Shown piece by piece: positions 8,241 to 16,091 of a DNA stretch of 64,000 bases; position 1 is the stretch's first letter, and every line of letters starts with the position of its first letter. This DNA comes from an uncultured Lentisphaeraceae bacterium (GTDB lineage: Bacteria; Verrucomicrobiota; Kiritimatiellia; RFP12; UBA1067): NCBI GenBank assembly GCA_964440985.1, contig CAYTWE010000006.1, positions 521 to 64,520 of the forward strand, in the 5' to 3' direction. The position numbers were made by a program, and so were the translations under genes. The notes under the pieces were generated by a model. It had not been told where the DNA came from and ran no database searches. It worked only from the letters and a program-made list of their open reading frames with translations.

Positions 8241-8968
8241 AGGTTGCGATACTTGGAGCGGCCGGCCGCATGGGGCATATGCTCTGCGACCTGGTGGACA
8301 GGTCGGAGACGCTTGAGCTTGTCGCCAAGTGCGACATACGCGAAGACTATCCGCGCACATGGCCTGTCGGGACGGAGGCGGTGATCGACTTCACGTTCCA
8401 CGAGGCGGTTCCCGCGAACATAGCGAAGGCCGCAGAGGACGGCGTTGCGTACGTGCTTGGCACAACCGGCCTGACGGCGGAGGAGCAGGGCGCAGTCGAT
8501 GCGGCGGCGAAGCGGATTCCGGTCGTGCAGAGCGGAAACTTCTCGCTTGGAATCAACCTTCTGCTTGGGCTTGTGAGAAAGGCTTCGGAGATACTCGGTG
8601 AGGAGTACGACTGCGAAGTGGTCGAGATGCACCACCGCCACAAGAAGGACGCCCCGTCCGGTACGGCGCTGATGCTTGCTAAATCCGCCGCCGCAGGGCG
8701 CGGACAGAACTTCGACGACGTCTCGGTGTTCGGACGCGAAGGCATCATCGGTGAGCGCCCCGTCGGCGAAATCGCAGTCCACGCAGTGCGCGGCGGCAGC
8801 GTAATCGGCGACCACACCGTGATGTTCGCGGGAGACGTCGAGCGCGTTGAACTCGTCCACAAGGCCCAGACCCGTGAGGCGTTCGCGGCAGGAGCGCTTC
8901 GCGCCGCGCAGTGGGCGAGCGGAAGGAAGCCCGGCCTGTACAATATGCGCGACGTGCTTGGTCTGTGA
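8237..8968 (+). CDS. dapB: 4-hydroxy-tetrahydrodipicolinate reductase.
   Basis: 'MKVAILGAAGRMG' Rossmann N-terminus and the 'EVVEMHHRHKKDAPSGTA' catalytic motif. ATGA overlap with dapA. Confidence 0.9.
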   Translation: MKVAILGAAGRMGHMLCDLVDRSETLELVAKCDIREDYPRTWPVGTEAVIDFTFHEAVPANIAKAAEDGVAYVLGTTGLTAEEQGAVDAAAKRIPVVQSGNFSLGINLLLGLVRKASEILGEEYDCEVVEMHHRHKKDAPSGTALMLAKSAAAGRGQNFDDVSVFGREGIIGERPVGEIAVHAVRGGSVIGDHTVMFAGDVERVELVHKAQTREAFAAGALRAAQWASGRKPGLYNMRDVLGL

Positions 8969-9001
8969 GATTTTAGGGCGGAATGCTGAACGGTTGAACG
9001 G

Positions 9002-9586
9002 ATGAAGATTGTCGCAGGACTTGGAAATCCCGGCAGGGAATACGAATCTACGCCTCACTCCATCGGTTTCGAGGTGGCGGACGCCGTTGCGCGGGAGATG
9101 GGCGAGACGTTCAGGCGGTCAGCGTCCGGCAAGGGTGACTTCGCAGAAGGGCGTTTCGCCGGCGGCAAGATTCTTGTGGTGAAGCCGATGACGTTCATGA
9201 ACCTGTCCGGGGATTGCATCGCGCCGGCCGTGAAGTACCGCAACGCATCGCCGGCCGATCTTGTGGTCGTGTCGGACGACATAGACCTCCCCGTCGGGCG
9301 CATACGCATACGCCGGGGCGGAAGCGCGGGCGGACACAACGGATTGAAGTCCGTCATCGAACGGCTCGGATCGCCGGATTTCGTGCGGGTGCGCATAGGT
9401 GTCGGAAGAAACCGCAACGACCGCAGCGAAGTGATCGGACACGTCCTCGGAAAGTTTTCTCCGGAGGTTCGCAGGCAGATGGACGAAAAGATTGTTCCGG
9501 CGGCAGTGAAGGCTGTGGAGCAGGTGCTGTCGGATGGGCCTGACGCCGCGATGAACGTCTGGAACGGACAGGATCTGTGCGCATAG
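9002..9586 (+). CDS. pth: Peptidyl-tRNA hydrolase.
   Basis: 'GLGNPG..Y..T.H' N-terminus and the 'GGHNGLKS' motif. Confidence 0.9.
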   Translation: MKIVAGLGNPGREYESTPHSIGFEVADAVAREMGETFRRSASGKGDFAEGRFAGGKILVVKPMTFMNLSGDCIAPAVKYRNASPADLVVVSDDIDLPVGRIRIRRGGSAGGHNGLKSVIERLGSPDFVRVRIGVGRNRNDRSEVIGHVLGKFSPEVRRQMDEKIVPAAVKAVEQVLSDGPDAAMNVWNGQDLCA

Positions 9587-9631
9587 GCGCCGCATGAACA
9601 TAAACATGAACACAAAAGGGAGAACAGAGCG

Positions 9632-10870
9632 ATGAACAGAATGGTTGTGCTTGCGTTTGCGGCTGTCGCGTCCATGGGGCTTTATGCTGCGGCAGATGGC
9701 GAGGATGTCCTCGAAAGGAGTTTGCCGTCCGTGTTCGGCAAGGCGGCGACGCACTACCGCGCACTTGATGCGTCGGCGGCGCAGCGCATGAAGGACGCAA
9801 AGGGAAAGGCGCGTCTGCCGCACGGCTTCAAGCGGACGAAGGACGGAAATGCGGAACTCGATATGCGCGAGATCTACGAATGGACGTCCGGACACTTCCC
9901 CGGCTCTCTTTGGTATCTCTACGAGGCCACCGGGGATGCGTTCTTCCGCGACCGCGCAACGGTCTGGACTGAACTTCTTGAGCCGGTTGCGGACTACGAC
10001 GGCAACCATGACGTCGGCTTCATGACGTACTGCTCCTACGGAAACGCCAGACGGCTTCTCAAGACGGATAGGTATGATGCCATCCTCTGCCGTGCGGCGG
10101 AGTCGCTCTGCCGCCGCTATTCGCCGCTGCTCGGTCTCATCCGCAGCTGGGGGCGCATCGACGACAAGGATCACTTCCTCGTGATTCCGGACAACATGAT
10201 GAACCTTGAGCTGTTGATGTTCGCGTCAAAAAGCTCCGGCAATTCGCGTTTCTCGGACATCGCGAGATCGCACGCGACGAAGACGATCTCGAACCACTTC
10301 CGCGACGATGGCGGCACGTACCACGTACTCGACTACGATCAGCGGCCCGGATTCGTAGGCTCTGTGCAGGACATCCGCCGCGGGCAGGGGCGTTCATGCC
10401 GGACGGCGTGGAGCCGCGGGCAGTCCTGGGCGATCTACGGCTACACGATGATGTACCGCGAGACGAAGGATCCCGCGTATCTTTCCTTTGCGCAGAAGGT
10501 CGCGGATTTTGCGATCAACAATCCGAACATGCCGGAAGACGGCATTCCGCACTGGGACTATGGCGCACCGGGCGAGGAGCGCGACTCCTCCGCCGGTTCA
10601 ATCATGGCTTCAGGTCTGCTTGAGCTTTCAACCTTCGTCAAGGGCAGGAAGGGCGCGGAATACCGTGCGTTCGCGGTCAAGCAGCTGACGTCGCTCTCCT
10701 CTCCAGCCTATTTCTCCGAGGGTGATGAGATCGGACACTTCCTTCTCAAGCATGGCGTAGGCCACAAGCCCGGCCATTCTGAGGTCGATACGCCGCTCAA
10801 CTATGGCGACTACTATTTCCTTGAGGGGCTGCTGCGCTTCAGGAAACTTCGTGCCGACGGCAGCCTGTAA
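9632..10870 (+). CDS. Secreted glycoside hydrolase, GH88/GH105 family (unsaturated glucuronyl/rhamnogalacturonyl hydrolase-like).
   Basis: Signal peptide, then 'WTSGHFPGSLWYLYEATGD' and an (alpha/alpha)6-type composition typical of GH88/GH105. Confidence 0.7.
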   Translation: MNRMVVLAFAAVASMGLYAAADGEDVLERSLPSVFGKAATHYRALDASAAQRMKDAKGKARLPHGFKRTKDGNAELDMREIYEWTSGHFPGSLWYLYEATGDAFFRDRATVWTELLEPVADYDGNHDVGFMTYCSYGNARRLLKTDRYDAILCRAAESLCRRYSPLLGLIRSWGRIDDKDHFLVIPDNMMNLELLMFASKSSGNSRFSDIARSHATKTISNHFRDDGGTYHVLDYDQRPGFVGSVQDIRRGQGRSCRTAWSRGQSWAIYGYTMMYRETKDPAYLSFAQKVADFAINNPNMPEDGIPHWDYGAPGEERDSSAGSIMASGLLELSTFVKGRKGAEYRAFAVKQLTSLSSPAYFSEGDEIGHFLLKHGVGHKPGHSEVDTPLNYGDYYFLEGLLRFRKLRADGSL

Positions 10871-10885
10871 TCGGATGCTTCGCCG

Positions 10886-11221
10886 ATGACCGTCGGAGAT
10901 GTGGCTGGAAAGGTCGGCGGCAGGATCGCCGTTGATGCGCCTGACGCGGAGGTGACGTGCGCATACTCCGGCGATCTGCTTTCAGACGTGATGGGACACG
11001 CCGGAGACGGTGCGGCGCTCATCACCGTCCAGAATCACCTGAACACCATAGCGGTATGCACACTTGTAGGCATACCGCTGATTGTCATATGCCACGAACG
11101 CCCCGTTCCGCCGGACATGGCGGAGGCGGCGGAGCGTGAAGGCGTCGCAATCGTCACAACTCCGCTGTCGCAATATGCCGCCGCATTGGCCCTCAGTGAA
11201 CTTCCGCCATGCGAACGTTGA
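10886..11221 (+). CDS. DRTGG-domain-like small regulatory protein (paralog of 47457..47804).
   Basis: 111 aa. Its architecture ('VTCAYSGDLLSDVMG...ALITVQ...IPLIV...AIVTTPLSQYAAALAL') matches DRTGG-domain proteins and aligns with the ORF at 47457. Confidence 0.5.
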   Translation: MTVGDVAGKVGGRIAVDAPDAEVTCAYSGDLLSDVMGHAGDGAALITVQNHLNTIAVCTLVGIPLIVICHERPVPPDMAEAAEREGVAIVTTPLSQYAAALALSELPPCER

Positions 11222-11263
11222 CCGGTATTGCGGAAGCCGACGACAGGATGCGGTGACACCGAT

Positions 11264-11815
11264 ATGCACGCCACTCTGTCAGACATAATTGCGGATACGG
11301 CGCAGAACTCGATAGAGGCCGGCGCGGGCAGAATTGAGGTGTCCGTCACGGAGAACGACGGACGCATACGGGTTGAGATCGTCGACAACGGCAAAGGCAT
11401 GGATGCGGCGACGGTTGGCAGGGCTTTCGACCCGTTCTGCACCGAGGCAGGAAAGCACGACAGGCGCAGGGTCGGGCTTGGCCTTCCGTTGCTGAAGCAG
11501 ACGTGCGAGGCCTGCGGCGGAGACGTAAACCTGACGAGCGAGAAGGGCGTGGGCACGAGACTTTCGTACAGTTTCGACGCCGCCAGCATCGACCTGCCGC
11601 CGATGGGGGACATCGCCGAAACGGTGTTGACGCTCTTCAACTATCCAGGCGACTTCGAGCTTGTGTTCAGCCATTCAAAGGGCGGCGGGTCGTACGACGT
11701 TTCAAGGCGCGAGCTTGCCGAGGCCGTCGGCGGCCTGGAATCGGTGGAAGGGTTGTCGCTCGCCCGCGAATTCCTGCAATCGCAGGAGAGTGCGCTTTCT
11801 CATCCGGCGATTTGA
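11264..11815 (+). CDS. GHKL-family ATP-binding protein (anti-sigma-factor-like serine kinase / HATPase_c domain).
   Basis: N-box 'DTAQNSIEAG', G1 'DNGKGM' and G2 'GLGLPL'. ATG 11264 is preferred over the TTG at 11228. Confidence 0.7.
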   Translation: MHATLSDIIADTAQNSIEAGAGRIEVSVTENDGRIRVEIVDNGKGMDAATVGRAFDPFCTEAGKHDRRRVGLGLPLLKQTCEACGGDVNLTSEKGVGTRLSYSFDAASIDLPPMGDIAETVLTLFNYPGDFELVFSHSKGGGSYDVSRRELAEAVGGLESVEGLSLAREFLQSQESALSHPAI

Positions 11816-11821
11816 TATAAT
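11816..11821 (+). promoter_or_regulatory. Extended -10 element (TGATATAAT) upstream of the TAT-exported GH-like gene.
   Basis: Lies in the 46-nt gap before ATG 11862 and is followed by RBS AAAGGAAAAG. Confidence 0.4.
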
Positions 11822-11861
11822 CGTCTGGCAACCACCATTGATTAACTGTAAAGGAAAAGAC

Positions 11862-13580
11862 ATGATAGACATGAACAGGCGTGGGTTTATTCTTGGTGCG
11901 GCGGGTGCGCTTGGCGCCTTGGGCGGCGGATGTTCGGGCTTCCCGCTCATCGGCGGCGAAAGGCGCAGACGCGTGATGGACTACTGGTGCACCTGGGAGA
12001 CGCAGGTTTCCTTTGCCGATCGTGCCAGGCGGCTGCCGGAGAACAAGGGGCGCGACCTGCGCAACAGCGACTTCCTCAACGAGGATCTGCTTTTTGGAAA
12101 TCATGCGTGGGTGAACCTTTTCCCGGGAGCGCGGCAGGATATGGTTCTGCTGTTCGATGCCGGCTGGGACTATCCATACGGCACCAATCGCCAGGCGAAT
12201 GGCGGACGCGGCATATCCGCATACGGCTCGATGAAGCCCGACCCCGTGCGTTTCCCTTCGCTGAAGGGGACGAACGTGCAGAAGCTGATTGCGCTGCGCC
12301 GACGCATTGAGGATGCAGGATGGGGCGGACTTGGACTGTGGGTCGCTCCGCAGAAGTGTGGCGAATGGCGCGGCGCTCCGTTTCCGAAGGATGTGCTGAT
12401 CGAGGACATGAAGTGGAAGCTCGCGGAATCGCAGGCGGCCGGCATTGCGTACTGGAAGGTCGACATAGGCGTCCATCAGGGCGACATATGGTACTGCCAG
12501 ACGTTGAGCGCACTCGCCGACGAGTATGCGCCGGATGTCGTAATCGACCATTCGTGCGCGTTCGCGAATCCGATGAACGGCGTGGCGCATCCGCACATCT
12601 ATGCCGCGAACGTTGAAGGCCCGGAGCGGTTCATCGGAAAGACCGGACGCATGATCGGCGTTCCGGGGTTCGAGCCTTGGGATGGGGTCAACCCGAACGC
12701 GAGCGAGGCCCCTGCGAGGATGTCCGTGCGCGAACTCTACCTTGGACTGATGAAGGGTGCGGATTCATTCCGTTCGTACGATACGCTCTATCCGATGGAC
12801 GCACTCGCTGCGCTTGAACGCGGCGTCTTCGAGCTTCAGTGCGCGGATTCGCTTGGCGGATCCTGCGCGATAAACGTGGAGGACAATCCGCTTATCGGCG
12901 CGGCGCTCGGTGTCGGAATCGGCGTGATGCGTTCCGTCTACAACGAGGAGTACGAGGTCGAGGCTCCGGAGCCCCGCAAGCGGCGCATGGCAGAGATAAC
13001 CCGCGCCGTGCGGTGGCACGAGCGGGCGCCGGTTTTCGGAAGCGACGTTGGATGCCCCGTCCGCTTCTCAGAGGAGACGGCGGAGGAATCCTGGAAATTC
13101 GAGAAGAATTCAACATGGTGGCCGTACGTATTCGGCAACACGTACTTCCAGCGCTGCCCGGCAGTCGTGTCGCGTGGCATCGCCCTGCCCAAAGTCGCGT
13201 ACAGTGGACAGGAGCGTCCTGCCGTGATCGCTTCGCGCAATCCGCTCACCGGCGCACTCTCCGTCGCATCGCTGCCGTTCCTCACGGTCGGCAAGGGGCG
13301 GCATACGCCGTTGGCCGACATTTCGCTCGATGCCGCGCTTGAGCATGGAACTCCACTCGGCGTGTTCGGCGACGTGAAGTCCGTCACGCTTCGCGACGGC
13401 ACTGCAGGACGGCCTGTGTTCGCAATGGATCTTGCCGGTGGACGGATGCACGACATCACGGACGCCTGCCGCCGCACGGATGGATACGTCACAATTCCGG
13501 GCGAAAGGCTCTCCGCGATCGGCCGCGAAATGAATGCGTCCGGCGACTGCTCGTCCCCCGGCGTAGAGATTGCGGTATAG
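11862..13580 (+). CDS. TAT-exported putative clan GH-D (GH36/GH27-like) alpha-galactosidase-family protein.
   Basis: Twin-arginine signal 'MNRRGFILGAAGA'. 'LLFDAGWD' resembles the GH36 'DDGW' block and 'AYWKVDIG' resembles the 'KWD' nucleophile block. ORF 11661 extends upstream only as open frame. Confidence 0.5.
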   Translation: MIDMNRRGFILGAAGALGALGGGCSGFPLIGGERRRRVMDYWCTWETQVSFADRARRLPENKGRDLRNSDFLNEDLLFGNHAWVNLFPGARQDMVLLFDAGWDYPYGTNRQANGGRGISAYGSMKPDPVRFPSLKGTNVQKLIALRRRIEDAGWGGLGLWVAPQKCGEWRGAPFPKDVLIEDMKWKLAESQAAGIAYWKVDIGVHQGDIWYCQTLSALADEYAPDVVIDHSCAFANPMNGVAHPHIYAANVEGPERFIGKTGRMIGVPGFEPWDGVNPNASEAPARMSVRELYLGLMKGADSFRSYDTLYPMDALAALERGVFELQCADSLGGSCAINVEDNPLIGAALGVGIGVMRSVYNEEYEVEAPEPRKRRMAEITRAVRWHERAPVFGSDVGCPVRFSEETAEESWKFEKNSTWWPYVFGNTYFQRCPAVVSRGIALPKVAYSGQERPAVIASRNPLTGALSVASLPFLTVGKGRHTPLADISLDAALEHGTPLGVFGDVKSVTLRDGTAGRPVFAMDLAGGRMHDITDACRRTDGYVTIPGERLSAIGREMNASGDCSSPGVEIAV

Positions 13581-13627
13581 CCGCAAATCTCCATGCCACC
13601 GCATAGGCCATGCAACGGCGGATCGGT

Positions 13628-13656
13628 TTGACTTGCAGAAAAAAAAAATGATATCT
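13628..13656 (+). promoter_or_regulatory. Promoter candidate TTGACT-17-ATATCT whose 17-nt spacer is mostly a poly(A)10 tract.
   Basis: TTGACT at 13628-13633, the A10 run at 13639-13648, and TGATATCT at 13649-13656. Confidence 0.4.
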
Positions 13657-13711
13657 TGATTGCCGTTTCCAGAAAGAAGGGTTGTCGTCAGTGAAAGAGA
13701 GGATGTCGTCA

Positions 13712-16033
13712 ATGTGCAAGGAAAAAAAAATTGTGCGGACAGTGTCGGTGGCATCCGTCCTGTGCGCACTGCTGTGTTCTCTGCCGATGATGGCGAAGGC
13801 AGATGTCGGCGATGAACGGCTTGAGTTCATCGCAACCACCGGCACCCAGTGGATTGACACCGGCTTGCGGCTGAATTTCAAGCGGTCGCACTTCCGCGTC
13901 AACTTCCGCGTCGCGGAGCGTCCGACGGGACGTGTCGCGCTCTGCGGGGCGCTGTCCGAGAAGGACAACGTGATGGGGTACAGCAACGGAACCCGTCGCT
14001 CGTTTGCCGTTCGGTTAGGTTCGGATGTCGAAAATGGGCAGATCTGCCACCGGGTGTATCCGAGCTTTACCGGAAGTGAAGACGGAGGATACCGCTATCC
14101 GGCTACGGGGAGTTATCTGGAGGGCGCGGCGCTTGAGGCCGAGGGAACCCTGGCGTATGCGCTGTTCAACGGATATAAAACCGGTGGCTATTATGACAGC
14201 TCCCGGCCGGACGAGATATTGGGAGAGGGCAAGTCGTTCTATCTCGGCAACGTCAACAATGCGGGAGAAGGCCTGCTGACGCCATCCGGGCAGATGCCGA
14301 AGATCCACTGGTACGGCGCAAAGTTCTGGACGGACGGCGAACTGGTCGGCGACTTCATCCCTGTCCGGCGCGACGGCGTGGCGGGGTTCTTCGACACCGT
14401 GACGCAGCGGTTCTTCCCAAGTCAGGGGGAAGAGCCGTTCGTCGCGCCGAACCGCGTGGCGTGGACGGGCGGAGGAGACGCTTCGGACTTCTCGGACGGG
14501 AACAACTGGAACGGCGGGGCGGCGCCGTCCACCATCGGGGACGTCGCCCTCTTCCCCGCAGGCGCGGAGATCGGCGCGACGTTTTCGGACATCGGCACGT
14601 TCTTCAACAAGCTGGGTGCGGTGCATCTCGCGGGGGAGGATACGCTGTTTGCGGTGACGTCCGCGACGGTGGACGTCTCGATGTACACCCCGGTCTTCGG
14701 AACGGGCGTCTACCGCGTCGCATCAGGTTCGGAAGCCGTCAACTACAAGGTCTATGCCGACAGCGGACTGTTCGACGGCACGTTCGAGTTCACCAACGCC
14801 GCCAAGTACGTGTCGCTGTATGTCCCTAACGCGGCGGGTGTCGACGGCAAGGCGACGGCCTGCTTCTACGCGGATGGCGTCCGCCGTCTTGAGCTTTGCC
14901 AATGGGCACGCTCGCGGGCACACTGGCGGATGACCAAAACCGGGCAGTTTGTCTTCTCGAACGTGGAAGGTGGAATGACAGGCAGCCTTGCGTTTACCGA
15001 CGGATATTCCGGTACGCTCGCGTTTCATGCAAACGGCATGTTTGATTTCGACTTTGACTGCTCGATCACGAACGAATTGGCCGAGCGGCGCACCGTCTAC
15101 CTGCTCTCCGGCCGCTATCGGATGGGCGACGCATCCAAGCCGAAGCATTTTGGCAAGATGCAGATTCAGGTGCAGGATCTCACGCTGAATGCGCCTGTGG
15201 CCTTTGACGTGCAGGGATCGGATTACACGCCGTACAACCAGTGCAACATTGCGTTCACGGCAGACGGAGACGCCCGTCTGCTGTTCGGCGCGACGAACGT
15301 GCTTCAGGACACTGTCTTCCTGCTGCTGGGATATGCAAGGCCGGTCAGCGATCGCAGAAAGTGCGTAGTGGATCTCAACGGATTCGACCAGCGCATCGGT
15401 ACGCTGTGCGTCTATTCCAGTGGGTTTGACGCGAATGAGGTCTGGAACACGAACCTCGTGCTCAGGTCCGAAAGCCCGGCGACGCTCACCGTCTGCGGTT
15501 CGTTCCGCAGCGACAACTCCATGGTTGACAACGTCAACATGAAGAGTGTGTTTCCCGGGCGGGTCGGCGGTGCGCTGTCCGTGGCGCTTGACAGTCGTGA
15601 GGACGTAAATTCCGGCCCGATGTTCGACGGGGCCGGTTCGGTTCTGTTCAACAATCCGCTCAGCGACACGACCGGGTCTCTCGTGGCGAATCGCGGTACG
15701 ATTCGCGTCCTGCAGAGCGGCGCATTTTCGAACCTTTCGAGCGTTGTCGTCTCGGACGAGGGGATTGTGCAGGTCGATACGGCGGATGTCGGAAACGGCA
15801 ACGAGGACTTCTTCGTGAGCATCACGAACGCGACGACGGCGAGGCTCTCCATATCCTCCGGCGTCACGCTCAAGGCGAACCGCGCATACGCAAACAAGCA
15901 TTGGTTGGCGAAGGGTCGCTGGTCGTCAACGGCGTCGGACGGTGTGCAGCAGTGTGCCTATCTGTCGGGAGATGGCATACTTGAGGTTGAAGAGTACGGT
16001 GGCCCGATAGGGATGAGGGTGATTCTGCGATAG
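13712..16033 (+). CDS. Large (774 aa) secreted protein of unknown function, first of three consecutive giant exported proteins.
   Basis: RBS GAGAGG sits 9 nt upstream of ATG 13712; signal peptide 'MCKEKKIVRTVSVASVLCALLCSLPMMAKA'; Gly/Asn/Thr-rich body. ORF 13682..16033 begins with a TTG. Confidence 0.6.
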   Translation: MCKEKKIVRTVSVASVLCALLCSLPMMAKADVGDERLEFIATTGTQWIDTGLRLNFKRSHFRVNFRVAERPTGRVALCGALSEKDNVMGYSNGTRRSFAVRLGSDVENGQICHRVYPSFTGSEDGGYRYPATGSYLEGAALEAEGTLAYALFNGYKTGGYYDSSRPDEILGEGKSFYLGNVNNAGEGLLTPSGQMPKIHWYGAKFWTDGELVGDFIPVRRDGVAGFFDTVTQRFFPSQGEEPFVAPNRVAWTGGGDASDFSDGNNWNGGAAPSTIGDVALFPAGAEIGATFSDIGTFFNKLGAVHLAGEDTLFAVTSATVDVSMYTPVFGTGVYRVASGSEAVNYKVYADSGLFDGTFEFTNAAKYVSLYVPNAAGVDGKATACFYADGVRRLELCQWARSRAHWRMTKTGQFVFSNVEGGMTGSLAFTDGYSGTLAFHANGMFDFDFDCSITNELAERRTVYLLSGRYRMGDASKPKHFGKMQIQVQDLTLNAPVAFDVQGSDYTPYNQCNIAFTADGDARLLFGATNVLQDTVFLLLGYARPVSDRRKCVVDLNGFDQRIGTLCVYSSGFDANEVWNTNLVLRSESPATLTVCGSFRSDNSMVDNVNMKSVFPGRVGGALSVALDSREDVNSGPMFDGAGSVLFNNPLSDTTGSLVANRGTIRVLQSGAFSNLSSVVVSDEGIVQVDTADVGNGNEDFFVSITNATTARLSISSGVTLKANRAYANKHWLAKGRWSSTASDGVQQCAYLSGDGILEVEEYGGPIGMRVILR

Positions 16034-16091
16034 ATTCGCGCAGAGGCGGATTTTGCATGACAATGCTGTTAAGCGGCAAGGAATGAATGAC

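Noticed and set aside
16053-16091. Upstream starts (TTG 16053, ATG 16083) for giant paralog A.
   Set aside because: ATG 16092 is placed 10 nt after AAGGA and yields a canonical signal peptide. ATG 16083 is only 1 nt from the RBS.
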